From assembly GCA_002633005.1 (NCBI GenBank), contig NMRA01000272.1:309527-373526 (forward strand): a stretch of DNA of 64,000 bases. The letters run 5' to 3'. A model generated the notes under the pieces. It was not told the DNA's origin, ran no database searches, and was given only the letters and a program-made list of their open reading frames with translations. The stretch is from Phoronis australis (Eukaryota; Animalia; Phoronida). Positions 1 to 22,400 of this stretch are shown piece after piece. A program made the position numbers and the translations under genes. How positions within the stretch are numbered: position 1 is the stretch's first letter; every line of letters starts with the position of its first letter.

Positions 1-22
1 GATGTACATTTACATGTTGCAG

Positions 23-6697
<6,675 letters not shown>

Positions 6698-8115
6698 AGG
6701 GCTTAGAGCTGCCTTGTATTTTGTACTGACAGAATGTCACATATTTTTGTAAGAAACATAAGCCAGTATCTTTCACTGTCCTCATGCCAACGTGTCTTTG
6801 GACTTTCTATGCCGTAGTCTTGCACTCGAGTCTCCAATGATCTACCTCATCCTCTCACTGGATGCACTCAGTTGACTTGTTTCAAATCAGCAGCTGTTGT
6901 CTTGTCTATGTCCAGCGATTGCATAATTCATCTTTGTAATTAATCATTTCCGAATCATTAGGGATCGTTCCTTATGTTCAATTGTTATCGTTAGTGCCAC
7001 TTCCATTACGTTTAGAACCAGCATTGGTGACAGTATTGTGACTGCACTCATGAGGTCTTACCGAAGAAAATTTCTAAGCACTTATCATTAAGTAAACATT
7101 ATTTTTTAGTTTAAGAAACTTGTTTGTGCAATGAATTGCCCACTCATTCGTGGCTTTAATAGCTAGTGTAGTATTCAGTTATTATTGTTTGTATGGGGTC
7201 AAGGGAAATGTTTTCAAAATTGTCTTGAAGGGAGAGTCACTCAGTAGCTGGTTGGTGTGCGATTGTGTTGATGAAGGCTCATAATAGGGTCTTGGGGTAT
7301 TTACCATTTACTTGAATTTTCCGTATCAAGCGAATGACCAAAGGGACGTGGCCTTCTCTGGATCTGCACTTGAGTTAGCAGTGGCTGCAGTATTGGTAGA
7401 AGTGTTGGGTGTATGGGTGTGTTCACCTGGGGGATGTAACTGAGGGTGGGTGTTGGGGGAGATGTCATGGTGACCGTGCAGTGTGTGTCAAATGTGAAAG
7501 TTGTTTATTTATTGTGCAGGTTGTGTAAATACTGTAGCTGTTGCGCCTAGATTGTAGATCATGTGATATTCTTAAGTGATGACCATGTATGGATTTCAAC
7601 ATGAATTGTAATATTTTATAATTTTAGCATTTGCATTTGGTCGTATTATATATTTTGTAGTTAGTGCAACACAGCGTTCTGCGATACATTCATTTATAAA
7701 TACAAAATTTTAACTACCGAGCAATTGTGTACCTTTATTGGTTCGTACGTTTGACAAAGAAAAGCTTATAAATATAAAATACCAAAACACATGCAAAACA
7801 ACAGCATTCAAGTAACCCAAAAATAGGGCCATCCCAGATTACCCAGCGATAGAGCCCCCCTTTGTCCTAGAGATGAGAAAGGGCATGCCTCGTTTTTATC
7901 AGGTCCATGGTGTAAACTGTTACGGTGTGTGGCCATGGAAATATTCCCGATTGCAAAACGTACCAAAATTGAAAGGGTATCTTCAAGAATGACTATTCTC
8001 AACATCATGCATTCACGGATGTTTGTGAAGTTTATCCACGCAATGCCGGAGTTGCAGCCCAAACCACAGCTGTAATACTTCATTGGCATTGAAAAGACGA
8101 AATGCAGCCGGGAAG

Positions 8116-8225
8116 GGCAATAGTCTGATATAACATGCCTGCATTTTGAGAACCAGTTTGATGCCCGTTATTTAGTGGGGAAAACTGGTTTTCAAAATTC
8201 GGGCACGTTATATCAGACCATTACT
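8116..8225. mobile_element. 110-bp hairpin MITE with 9-bp TSD
   Basis: Arms GGCAATAGTCTGATATAAC...TTTTGAGAACCAGTTT and AAACTGGTTTTCAAAA...GTTATATCAGACCATTACT; GCCGGGAAG on both sides (8107-8115, 8226-8234). Confidence 0.85.
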
Positions 8226-10469
8226 GCCGGGAAGAACTTTAAAAGAATATGGCAACAAAGAACCTGTGGAACCCAGATGGCATAAAAACCATAAGGCTAC
8301 GGCATTGTGGGTAAAAACAGCATGTCGTGTAATCTAAGACAGCCCTATTAATGGTTCATGATAACAATACTGTTTATGGTGATGTTCTCGCAAAAACATA
8401 CCGCCATAAACAGTCACACTGCACGAACGAAAATGGAAGAATTATGGTCAAAGGTATAACAACTTACATGTCAATAGCAAAACTACACGTCCATAGCAAA
8501 ATTCAATAAACATGACTATCCCTTCATGCAAATATTTTTAAACTGCACTTCTACCTTGGTAACAATTGGCACTGCATTATTTACAGACTGAGTTGACTTA
8601 GAAAGGGTAAGCAAGATTTAATACTTCTTATCTTGAATTACCAGACTTTTTGATATAATGACAAAAGTTTTAAGGTCTTCAATCAGCTCACTTAATCAAC
8701 ACTGGACACTTATTCTGAAGCTGCTAGATGGTTTTAGAAGTAGCACCTGCATATTAGTTAAAATAGAACTGCTCAACTGGATTGCATGCACGCAGTAACT
8801 CGCAGCTTTGTTGGGTTCAGGGCTTGGAATGACCAATGACAAACAAGAGAAAAATTTTACAGATGATGTATTGTTCCACAAATAAATAGGCTTGTGTCAT
8901 AGAAATATTTTTTTTGTGTTGTAAAATTTAACCTAAATAAACATTTTTGCATGAATACAGTCGAAATAATGATAAAAAAGAGACGAAAAAGAGGAAACTG
9001 GAAATCAAAGAGGAAATGGAAACTAAAAGAGGAAATCCTCTTGAAAGAGGAAAATTCCAAGCCCTGTGAAATATAAGCAACATAGTGAACACATTTGTTT
9101 GCCATTAATAATAAATAATAAGGACATATCTGTCATCAAAGTGTCACAACTAGATCTCCATGACATGACCTGCGATAGGTTGTCCAAAAACAATTTCCAC
9201 ATAATTGTGACCTGAAAACGCATGTGTGCTACTTACAGGTTCAAAGTAAAGAGATTACTATATTATTCTGAATACTTTAGTTTTCACTTACTAAATAAAC
9301 AGTCAATATAAATTATTTAAAACATATGCAACAAAACAATATTACAGTCAACAAAATCCTGTTCTTACTGATGCGACCTTCAAGTTCACCACTTCAATTG
9401 ACTTAAAAAGTGTCGGACAATGGCTTCAGTTGGAAATAAAGAAGCTCAATGAATTTCTAACATTACAAGTTGAAGTTGCAAATTTCAAATAGGTATAAAT
9501 CAAGACAGTGAGGAAGATCTTCCCATTGAAACAAGTGATGAATTCCACTCAATCCATGGTCTTATCATGACTGAGTAACTATGAACGCTTAACGGCTGTA
9601 TTAAAACAGGTTCCGCCTTAAAAAATGAGCCAAAACAATCATTTTCAAAGATGGCACTGCATGGGGCTTTAATGTAACAAAAATACTGCACACAAGCTCA
9701 ACCTGGAGACAACATTGTCTCTATCTCAGAGCTTATTTCTTCTGACAAACCCAAAATCCAACTAAAACAATATTCTTCACTGAAATACACACATATCCGA
9801 ACACGATAGTCACATCAGTTTTGAACCCAGGTTGCGCTCACACAATCACACAATGCTCTTAATACTGGATATCAAATCACACAGTGAAACCCCAATGCAC
9901 CAACATTAAAGCCTTCCTGGAGCAGATTTGGTTATTTCGGATGTATTGAACCACCCAGATAATTCCAGCAATGTTTAAGCAACACACAAAAGCATGATTT
10001 AAGCACTAAAATGTGGGTACGTTTAATGATAAATGAAGTAGCCTTTGTTTGCCCTATTGCATCATAGCGAAGAAACAGCTAACAAATGTGGGCAGTATGC
10101 ACCAGTTTTGAAGATTAGCCCTTTACCTTCAGTAGAAGTATGTGTCTGCCATTGGTACTGGAATATATTGAATAGAACTTCAATTTGCGTGGTATTGATT
10201 ATAACCAGGAAGAGATAACCAAAGTGGTGTCATTTTATAGCTAAAGAGTTAATCTTTCAAACATAATGCTTGGATTCCAGATAACTTGAACATTTACTTT
10301 TGAAATCCTGTTTGAAATCACGTTAAAATGCACTAAAACAGTTGTCCCTTCCTGGTTATCTCTTCCTGTTATAACTGATGACTCTCACAGTGACATAGAC
10401 TAAGTCAGGTAATAAACCGAACTTTACTGTGCATTACATTTTTTACTTCAGTGTGTTCAGAGGGATGCT

Positions 10470-13400
10470 TTAACACAATGCTGTCAGACCACCATCGGTA
10501 TTTGGGGAGTTGGGTGGTGCTGGTCGAACAACAAGGTGTGTCGGAGACAGGCTGTGTGTATCGAGTTGATTCAGAGCCTCCAGTACATTGTCTGGCATAT
10601 GATCGGTGATCATGCTGGGACTGACAAGAATCTCATTGAAGATCTCCGGTTTACTCCATTGCACGGTATAACTCGGGGTACCACCACAAGAACTGAAATG
10701 ATAAAGCAAGAGTTCAAGCACGAACGATGAAGTACACACAACAGAAAATGACTACATATTAATTGAAGCAATACAAAAAAGACGAAGTTTTTAATAACAA
10801 ATTTAAATGTGCAATGATTTTCCTAAAGTTGTTTCTGTCAGTCCAATGTCGTAATTAACAAAATATAGTAAAAATTACACTATGCTTTCATTATGTTGTT
10901 TTCAGTTATAATCAATTTTTTATTTAAATGGTAAAATTTCACCAGTTTAGGATAAAATATACTGGACAAGTGAAATTGTATTTTCCTATTTTCTCATAAA
11001 AGTTATACAGCACCAGATCTACACGTTTGCATGCTCAAGTTCTGTATCATAAAAATTGCGAGCATGAATTCACAACAATGTTTATGTTAAAAGACCTTGA
11101 AACACAAAAAAGGCAATTTGGGAATTATTTTGGTTGGAAATTGAAGAGATTTTACCATATCAAGGCCAATAGTTAGCATTGAAAATTTGACATATGAACA
11201 TGAGAAAACCCTTGTCTGCTTGTAGAGGTTGAGGAAGCACGACATCATAGATTCACTAATAGCAAACAATAGGATGGTGGAGAAACAATAAGTGGATGCA
11301 CTCATATACCAAATAACATGACTCAGAAACACAGTGGTTGGTAAGCAGACCCAGTAAACTTACTTAAAAATAGTAGGATGTATCTCAAAAATAAACCATG
11401 CGCAAAGCCTCAACAACTATTTGATAGCACGACATAAATATCGTGAAAACTATAATTACTGTGTAATTGCTACCAGACACCACACCCACACCTGCTGTAA
11501 CTGACATCTATTGGTCCAAGCGTGCATTACTGTATTTCCTTAACTGTTTCTCCACCCTGAAATGGCCAGTCTTCTGCCAATCAATGGAACCCAAACTTAC
11601 CTGGCAGGAGTCTCCTCAGTGATATACAAGATCTCACCAGGTGGATACAGAGGGTAGTGTGTGATCTGAGAACGACTGCTTGACATTATGGCATTCTGCA
11701 GAGCTTCCTAACAAACCAATAAATAGCAGAGCTCAGCAAACTTGCACGATTATCATACTTTTAACTGCTACAGACTTGCAGCAAAATAGTTCACAAACAC
11801 TTTTTGGTTAACAACAGGTGGATTCCTTTACAGTTTCATCTTCATAACATTTAGAATAGGACCAAAATTACAGTTTGACCACTCATTCACAATATTGTAA
11901 CATAAAGGAATAAGCTGCGGACATATCTCTCAGACAAAGAATTCAGTAAATCAGAAAATTCACAATGAAAGACAAATATGATGGAAAAGCACACATTTGA
12001 TTGATGTATTGACCACCATTGAATGGTCAATTACAGAGACCACTGGACCACTACCCACATGTGCAGTTTGCAACATCTGCCTGTGAGTCGATTATCTGAT
12101 ATTGATATCACAGAATGAATTTATAGTGTTAGTGTCTAACAACAAAACCTGTTGCAGGGCAGCTGCTGCATTAGCCTCAAAAGGTCTTCGTTTCAGGAAA
12201 CAAATTTCCAAACATACAATTTTTGAATTTTCTTAATAAACTTACCATTAGATAGTTAAATGAAGAATTTAGAAAATGTACAAATGCATCAAACAAGTTG
12301 TCCTATTTTACAGTAGATATGCAAAGTGTTTGATGCTATTTGAGATTAAACTGTGCTATTTGCAATTATAACCATTAAGAGACCCATGCAGCGCCACTGA
12401 TGTCAAGTTAAAATCACAGATGCAAATGGGAATAAATCAAGCTAGTGGTGGTAAATATTCCACTTGAAGCAATCAATGAACAGAATTCTGTTAACCGTTT
12501 TAACATGGCAGTGTAATTAAGAATGCCAACTTGCTTAATACTTAAAAAACCAAAACAAAGTGTAATCACAACAATGGTACTGCATGGGGCTATAAAGGCA
12601 CCTGCCTTCTGTCAATAAACATACTTATGCTTTAGGTCACTAAAATCATTATTATAATCATAACATTTAGACAGAACTCATCTTGTTCCTCAGTTAGATT
12701 AGGAGTGTTTTCTTGACTTAAGAGGGACACTTGATTATTATTTGAGACTATGCTCAGCGCACAAAATGACCTGCAGGGTGAAGTCAACATGGCAGCCCCC
12801 AACCATAAAGAGCCTGTTCCTATACTCCAAGGAAGCTCAAACAAAACATATCCTATAGTTACGTAGATTTTAATTTACTCTCAAAATTAATCACTCTGCC
12901 AAGTTTGTTCTTCGCAATTTTTAAAACAACCGATTCAAAATATATAACATTAATTGTTCTCATCATAATTTTGCTTTCTTAAGTCAGTTTCATGGCAAGC
13001 GAGCTTATTAAGGTAATGCATGATGAGTTTTTAGCATCTGGTGATGAAATCTGCCACTGAAAATATAAGCATGTTTTATCAATGACTCTGCCAAGTCATG
13101 GATATCCTATTTAAGTGATGGGTACAGATTCATGCATGAATTTCAGTCTCAACAAGTGAAATGAACAAATCCAGGGCATGCAAAAATTAATCTTACAAAA
13201 CTCAGTATACCCACCACGATGTGTAGTATCTTGACACGACACTTTACACCAGCTACTCTGATGGTGAATTCAGTTTGCACTCAGCTGTCTTGTAGAGCTG
13301 AGTTACTGAGAATTCTTGGTTATTTTTGAAAATTATTTTTTGCATGTGCTGTACTCAATAGAACAAGCTGGCATACCATATATGTGCCCCGTATAACTAC

Positions 13401-16400
13401 ACAACAGCAAAGTAGCAAGATTTAACAAAATAAAATAACAAGAGCAACACAGAGCACTGATATGTGCACACTGTGTGCAATGCAAATGGTAATGAAATAA
13501 GGGTTTTTACTTTTTCAAATATTTCCACTGTTGTTGGATTGATCTGAAAACCTTCACCAGAGGTGCTTTCCTATAAGAACACATAGTTTACACAAATTTC
13601 ATAACAAGTTATAAGTTCCTTAAAAGAACTTGGTAAACAATGAGGCAGACCTAAAGACAACCCAAATTTTCACAACAAAGCACCAGAGAAGTTAGATCTG
13701 TCTAAAACTAAACGCCAAATGCCAAACAACAAGAACATTCATAGATTGTAGATATTGAGGCAGGTACAAAAAATAGCCACTGCGGGGAGCCATAGAAGCT
13801 GGAACTTCTCTGAAAATCTATGCAATTGTGCTCTCTTCAATGAGACCACATGTGGTAAACTTCGCAAACTTCCAAAAAGAACTTGGTAGAGGCAAACAAC
13901 AAAATTGCCACTAAGAGGTACCACAGTAGTTGGATCCATTTAAAAATAATAGTTAGCCCTGTTCTCCTCAATAAAAGCATGTTTGCAAAATTTCATAATG
14001 ATACTTAAAGCCAAAATGATTAAAATGGCCACTAGGGGGTGCAGAATACACCAAATACATTTATAAAGTGAGAAGGTGTTGTCATCTCGACAGAAACCTA
14101 TTTACCAAGATTTCATAAAAATCTGTGAAGGAAATTGATGGGTACAGAGGCAAACATAAAAAATTTCTATAGTTTGATCAGTCTTAAACTAGTCAGCAAC
14201 TGACAACAGTTCCAAAGAAAAATATATGTCTAATTTCATAAAGAGCCTACAAGGTGTTTAAAAGACACAGCAGAGAATGCCGGACAATGCATGGTAAGAC
14301 GATGGTTATGTGCACACACACATTTATATGTGGATGCATAAAAAGCATTTGAAAGAAAGGCACCACATGAAATGTTGCACTAATCCCCAGGAACATTCAC
14401 TGTGAACAGGGTGGCTGTGCAAAACCCATTGAAATAAAGAGAGGAACCCTTAACAAAACCACACAGACCACGTGACAATACTCACCACAATAGTAGCTGG
14501 ATACTATAATGAAAATACAGGGGTCAACACAGAAACCAAGAGGAAAGTTCCGAGATTTCTTAACGTTTGGGTAAATAAAATTGAACGAAAATGATTTTTT
14601 AGATTAACTGGATACCATTTTTGTCATCCAAGCTTTCCTGAAACCATAAATCGATGTTACATGTGAATTCAATGACATTTTATCCTGTGAATGCAAAATC
14701 ACTGCATTCTTCGCCAATTCCTCAAATCATTCATCAGCTCTTATATTTCAAATTACGGTGAATAATTTGTGGGAGTTCTTCAAATTATGAATTGTTTTTA
14801 AATTTGTAATAGGACTACAGATCGAGTCCATTTGCGTGCCGAAGTCAGACTCAAGAAATGCTAGAGAATGGGACTGAGATGTGACAGAACAAAGTGAGAC
14901 CGACACATAGGACCTCTCTCTTGGTCAGCTTGAATAGAGCTATACTGGCCCTCGGTACAATTCCTTTTGAACTGATAGCCTCTACCGCATTTCAGGACTA
15001 AAAGCACTTGTCGTCACTTAGGACTATATCATCGAAAGACTGAGGCTTCCTCACTTCAACTTACAAGTCAGAAATTTTGTGAATTCTTGCGACATCGACT
15101 ACCACTTTTGAGAGACCTTTGATTTCAACAAACTAATTTTTTACATAAATGGTATCCAGTTATCTAAAAGTTAGTATTATTAAGTGAACTTTTCCTTTAA
15201 CATTTTTTTTCCTCTTCAAAAATTGGTGTTAAATTTACCACAAGTCAAAATACATCTGACAATTATTTGTCATCCGAAAACCCGCAAGCATCAAAATATA
15301 CCGAGTACCTTGTCTTATATTTCAACATGAGCCAAGCGAGAAGTGCTTGACTGCGTCCTTGTTGTGCAATATACTCCAACTTCCAGCTCACAGAAACACA
15401 ACCTAATGCTAAACTAAATAGATGAAAGAGATTTTTAACTCAGTTTTGACTCACAATCTACGGTTTTGAGTCACAAGGTACTCTCAGAACATATCCAAAT
15501 TTAAGTCATGTAGTCCAAATGAAAATAGATAATACATGCATATGGGTATTCAACCCATGTTTCAAACTTCAACAATACCTGCAGGTTGACTTGTGACGCC
15601 GAGTAGTTAACAGTATTGTTTCCATTGTTCAAAAGGTAGCGCTGAGAACAATGCTCATGTCCTGTAGTGTTTTTCTTGCAGATAGCCTTGAGACACCCAG
15701 TAGCCAGAATCTCAAACTAAAAATAATTATAATGAACACCAGTCCTAGGTAATAGTCAGATGTAACATGTCCACATTTTGAAAACCATTTTTTAAACTGA
15801 ATAACAGGTACCAAACTGGTTGTCAAAATGCGAGCAGTTATTTTAATTTTGACTATTGCCCAAGTCCTATAATTATGTAACTGAGTTACCAGGCTGTGTA
15901 TCCGTATGTTGCTTTTTCTGCCCTCAGTTTTGGAAAATACTACACACAGAATGCTTGTATTAACAAATGTGAATTTTTTTGTCAAGGAGTGCAGACGTTA
16001 TTTGGGCAAAATGCACAAAGTAGTGAATTTCAAATGGCTGTGACTATCACTGCGTGCGCACACATTTAAATTAGCTGCATGTGTTTCACATGGTCACAAT
16101 GGCTTGAAATCTATTTGTGGCAATGTGTGCTGTGGATAGGCCTAACTTAGTTATATTTGGGACTTGTAACAAATGAGTAGCATTTCTATGATTTCCATTG
16201 CTATTATTTCATAATGATAAGATGAATATTAATATTAGTAGTTGTACTTGTATTTATTAAGTACTACATAATATGTGTTATAAATAATTAATGTATACCT
16301 TGCACTTGTCACAATCCTTGAGAGTCTGCAGTAGCTTCATCTTCAGGTCTTCCATTGTGATGATGCCCAGTCGAGGGATAACATCCCTACCCAACACCAC

Positions 16401-19400
16401 CGACATGATGAAGGAAGAACAGTATTCGGACACGTTCTCACTACATGGAACACAAAAACTTCAATCAAATCATATAGTTACTCAGTGTCAATTAACAGAA
16501 CTAATCAGAATTTCACTAGCAAATAACAAAACAGAAGCATAGTGTTACAGTATTGAAATTTCCCATAAGCAAACTGAAGCCCTGCAATTTACTCATATTC
16601 CCCATCATGTCTTCATTCACATAGTCTCAAACACAGTAAGTTATGTACAAAATCAAGCATGGTAGTTAAATGCAAAATAAATGCAATTTTCATCTGAAAA
16701 TCGACTAAGTTGTGATTAACAAAACCGTATTGCTGACAAACACACTGTACTAACTGACCTATACTTCAGAGAACTCATGGAAAGTTGGTTTACCTGACCA
16801 ATCCACCTGGTGGTGAGAATGCAAAACATATCAGATCAGGGTAATCGGGTTTCATAAGTATAGCCAGTAATGCAGCTGTTCCTGCTCCTAGACTGTGTCC
16901 TGTGATGACTAGCTTGTAGTTCTGATGGGAACAAATACAGTGTAATAATTGAATACCATCTAATAGGCACTTGGAAAAACAATCAGTAGAACACCATCGA
17001 TAACTTACAGTTAAAACAACCATTGCACAAACATGACATGACATAACACATTACCATAAAACTATTGTGTGCATTAAGCTCAATATGTGATGATGCAAAC
17101 AAAATTATATAATTATAGTTTGTTTAGTTTGGGATAACACTGAAACTTAATGATGACTTAACACATTAAGTGCTAAAACTTAAATAAATATCCTGTGCAC
17201 CACACAATCCGGTTGACAACAAAGAGAATTACTAGTTTTCTACTTTTGATCAGAAACTAAGTTAACTAGAAGGAAAATACTGTAGAAAACACGTTTGCAA
17301 GGTTTGAAAAAATTGTACTTTTACAACTCACAGCAACGCGTGAAAAGGCCGCTGGAAGAACGTTGTTGTTTTCTAATGTTTCCTTCACAAACTTGGCTGC
17401 TTGCAGTATACCACGGTGACACAGACAATCTCCTGTGATGGCAGGGATATCCAAGCAATCACAGTCAGCAGTCAGGTCAGTCAGTGCATCCTGAAACACA
17501 AGGTCATTCAGTACAATTTCAACTGATGGAAAACAACTCGCAGTCCGCTTTACCACATGCTATGTGCCAAGTAGTAAGTTCAGCTGCCATATCTCAAATT
17601 TTTCCTAGCACAGATTTGATTACAGAGGCTTATGAAGAAGACTTTTAAAGGGGCATTTCCTCTTTTCTCACATCATAAAACACAAAAATACAAACAAGGT
17701 TAATCAAGCACACAAATTATTATAAAATATCTCCATAACATGAGTGAAAATGAGTTTCCTAGCTACCAAATGGGCTCTTTTGGCTATTGGTAAGAAATAT
17801 TTGTCAAAATGCCATTTGGGTAGGTCAGCCCTTCCCAAACTGGACAGCTTCATATCAATCACAAGACCTGATGATCTCTTGATTTGTTTTAATGGCAAAT
17901 ATCTATTACTTCAAGGCGAGGAAAATTTGTCAACCAGTTTGTAAGTCCAGAGTTAACCAACGCCTTTCGTGATTTGCATGTTAAGGTGTTACATAGGTAG
18001 GAAAAGCCCTTCTGAGTGTGCATAAATACATCAGTTGAATATATATTAGTGCTGTTCCAGCAAAATCTGTATGGGAGGGGGGAAGGTACTTTTATTTCGT
18101 ACCCACCGCCCTTATTTTTCATTTATTTCTCCAACCCATGACCCATAATTTTTAAATTATTTTTAATAGGTTAAAATATAAAATCCAACATTTGCAAACA
18201 AATTGCCTCCAGGAGGACCTGTTAAGAATAGATGATTGACAGACAAGAACTAGTCGTCTTGTCCAATATTGTCAAAAACTAAAGTAGCCTGTGAGCAATA
18301 CTTTTGGCAGCCACCAGGTGTCTCTGTTCACCATGTGTCTATAATTTCAATGAACATTTTTTTAATTATAAGGATCTATGAATCTCAAACTGTCTCCACG
18401 AACTCTTTTATACTTCTATGTCAAGTGAATATTGGAACTTGTTTGTCTTACTCCTCATACTTTTTATTTAAAAATCATCAATTTTCNTATGTCTAGGATA
18501 ACCAACCAACCTTATTTTAGTTCAAAATGACTTGGAAAAAGGTTGCCTTTGCCTTTAATGGCTTAGTGAACATATTGCACTCTGTTCACTGGCAATATGG
18601 GCTTTTTTGTATTGGGATAAGTTAGGAGATATGTCAATTGCATTTTTTGAGTTTTGATGGCTGGAGTAACCAACCTGTCAACATTAACAGGTCAAAAAAT
18701 ACCACCCATTTTAATGCATCACTTCTTACAGGAACGACCACCCATAATTTGAGTTTATTTCTATAATTTGAGTTTTTTTCTGAATACCGCCACCCATGAA
18801 TTTTCTACTGCGGTCCCCCCCTTCCCACACGGATTTTACTGAAATAGCCCTTAAGTAGAATATTTTAATTGTAACAAATACAGTGTCGCAGTCACAGTTA
18901 AATGTCTATGACCAACAATTATAACAGAAGGAATAAGACTACTGACAAAATGACTCCCAGGTGGGTATTTCAAGGTCTAAACAATTGTGCAATAGACATC
19001 ACAATTGAAAGCTAAGTATAGTAAATGTAATCTTATGCCTGTTTTTGCATTTTTTCATCAATACAGCTAACTTCCAATTATGCCACCTTAAGAAGCTGAC
19101 AGACTCACAGAATACCGTAAAGTGTTAGCATTGCAAAGGCAACATAAAGACAAGATACCAAAACACGCTTAGTTCATACAACCCGTACACTGCACTTAAC
19201 TATTTTTTCAAAAAAAAAAGAATTTTACTTGCAAAGGGGATTTCAGTTGCTCAGAATTTGACCTTTTATGGATAGCATAAGTTATGCAGTGAATTGCAAG
19301 AACTATGACCCTGTCAGCTTGATGACCTGTGAATGAAGAATTTACAACTTCTCATTAAACCCGTGAACTGGCATGGGCACACATCAGTTTCCAGCAATTC

Positions 19401-22400
19401 ATAAGACGTGTATTCGACCAAAAGGAGGCTATTCCCTGCAGTACTCAGACAAGTTCAAATGTCAGTGAAACACACTCACCTTCAGTGACAAAGTGCCGCG
19501 TATACTTATCACAATCGTCTGTTCATCATGATCAAAGGCAACGAAAAATGGAGTCTCATAGATCTGCAATCATGGCAAGACAAAATATCTATAATATACA
19601 AAAGACTACTCAATTTCATTGTCTTTTGAAATGCATTTCATTTTTACAATCAGGCTTAACTCTTAAACAGCTAATTTAACATAAGGGAAATAGCATTATA
19701 GAAATCTCTATAAAAGCTGCATTTTTTAATATCGTTGGCCAGTTACAAATTAAGAAACTTCTGGAACACAGAACAAAACTGTTGATTGCAGATTTTGTTA
19801 GCTATTATTGAAATATCATCAAAAATACAAGACAAACATATCAGAGGCTAACTAACAATCAAATGCGCAGCAGTTGAGCATAACATGTGACACAGCGTAA
19901 GGGCAAGTGTTCTGAAAGACTTTTGACGCCCACAACAGTCATTATTTATACATCTGCTAGAAACTACTAACTTGGCTTTTAAACAGTCAAACATTTCCTC
20001 TCAAAGTAATGCAAGAACAATCATGACCGAGCCTTGTCACCTAATATTTAACTTATTCACAATAAAAACTCAGGACAAACCTGATTGTGGTAGCTAGCAT
20101 ACAGGAAGTCATCGTCTTTGATACTGGCAACATTACGAATGGCAGCAGCATGACACTGGCAGCAGTTATCGTACTGAATGATTGTGGACAGTGAACAGCA
20201 CCTGCAAGATGATTGTATGGTAAACTTTTGTTCAGTTACGTACATTGAAGAAGTAGTTGCCAACATGACCACATTCAAATTACCTTTACTAGAAACGTTA
20301 AAATTTAATGTTGTTCGTAAACAACACAAAGAACGGTACTCACTAATGATTAAATGTATTTTTTCAGAACATGTTGTTGTGACACTTGACAAAATAAAAC
20401 ACCAGTTCTCTATCACAGGAGACCACGGCAGCATTCCTGATATTGCCTCCTTGGACTGTCAACTTTCAATACCGTTTTTCGGCTTTGTTCTGCATCCTAA
20501 GGTGTTCTGTCAATGCCAATAACTTTGAGATAAACTAGGTGGTGCTACCAGCACAAATGCCCAAGTTCAGTTAGCCAAATGGGACCCTTATGCTACAAAC
20601 ACCTCCACACTGGTGACTATTATTTTTTCAATCAATCCAAATGGCAAAAAAGGTCTTTTCTTCAGGAGCAATACTACCAAACGAACAAACTAATGAAAAT
20701 GGAATCTCTCACTAAATCTTTTTGGAGGAAACATTCTTCTTTCAACTTCTTGTCAACCTACATATCCAGAAAAAACTTCATACAATAAGGATAAAACAAT
20801 ATACGACTCCTTGACCATTTGCACTTACCTGCACTGTGTACAAAGCCTGCAGACACCGGTGCAGGGATTAGCAAACACAAAGAGTGGCCAGCCATAAATA
20901 GCTGACGCATACTTCATATAATACGCAGCGTTTTTCACAGTCATCCATGACTTGGTGATGTGAACATTTGCTTGAGGCGTCTGGTCAGGTGACAGGTGAG
21001 TGACCTGCAGGTGTGCTATGTCATCACTGCACATGGCAGTCATGTCATGGCCAGGTGTAGTGGTACCAGCCACTGGGACGTAGTGCAACATGTCATTGCG
21101 GGAGTCCTGCTCCTCTTTCAATAGCATGAGACCTGCAGCGATGTCTGTGGGAACTAGATCAACATCCTGAAAGCAATACAGAAAAAGACCATTAGGTAGA
21201 CAAGACCAGCTAGTGTGAAACTGACCATCTGTTGAGGAATACATGCGTTTGGCTTAACATTTGACAATTTTAGCGTATATCTTAAGGCGGTAATAAACCT
21301 GTCTCCGATAAAAATAAGTTTTGATTCAGAGGACTTACCATGATTATAAAACAGGTTTTAACATGACTGTTTCTTACACATGCTTATTGAGCTTGGACAG
21401 AACTGATAGCTCATTATCTTTTTAGATCAGATTCCAACAGTAAATTGGCTTATCATGACAAGTCATTATACATGACAAGCATGACTTGAAGCACTATGGA
21501 ACTGTCACTTCTTCCATTGCCCACAAATCTCCATCTGAGCAAGGAACAAGTTGATACCAATTTTGTAGTTTGTAAGTGATCTAACTCAAAAGCCTCCTGA
21601 CTATTTTATAGCTGCCTTTAAGTCAATAATATGACATTGTAAATTTGGTACAGTACTTTCAAGTCTTGGTGCAGTAAATCACATTCAATTGTTTTTCTCA
21701 TCACACAGGTAGATTTAGAGGAGAGGAGCTTTTATCGCCCCTGCCTGCATGCCATTTACAAGGCTTTCCTTCACAGCATCCTGGTACTACCATGACAACA
21801 TTATGTACAGTCTTATTTTGCGTAACTTCAATTTACTTTCAAATTAACTAAGACATTCTTTCATGGACCCGGCATGAGGGACATTTTAGAGTTTAGCACA
21901 TGGCAGGTGACAAAATTTTACAAGAGTAGGCAAAAAGCATACAGTTGAACACACATTTAAAATGAAAACAATACTTGTGTCACTAATTCAAGCAGATAAA
22001 ATCAATTACCATAACGGATGCCCACATGAATAAATAACTGAATGTTGTATGAAGATAAAATATTTGTCTGCAGGCCTTACATGGACATTCGAGACGAGAA
22101 AAGTACTTTAGAGTAGTGGTGAATCTAACTAACTGCACAGTAGCACCTGAATGCTCCGACACTGAGCGTAATCCCACGCATTAAATAGCAGTATTTCAGG
22201 AATGTTTAAATGATAAAGACACTGGCCTTGATTTCAGGAAAGATCTAGCAGGCAACAGCGATAATTGCAGATTTGTAACAAAATAACAAAACCTGTCAGA
22301 TGTTTTTGTTTTATAGCTTTGGTCAAATCAAAACAACTTCAAGAAGTCTATCCCATTCAACTATAATTCCAAACTTGTGTTTTTTCAGATGCAAACAAAG

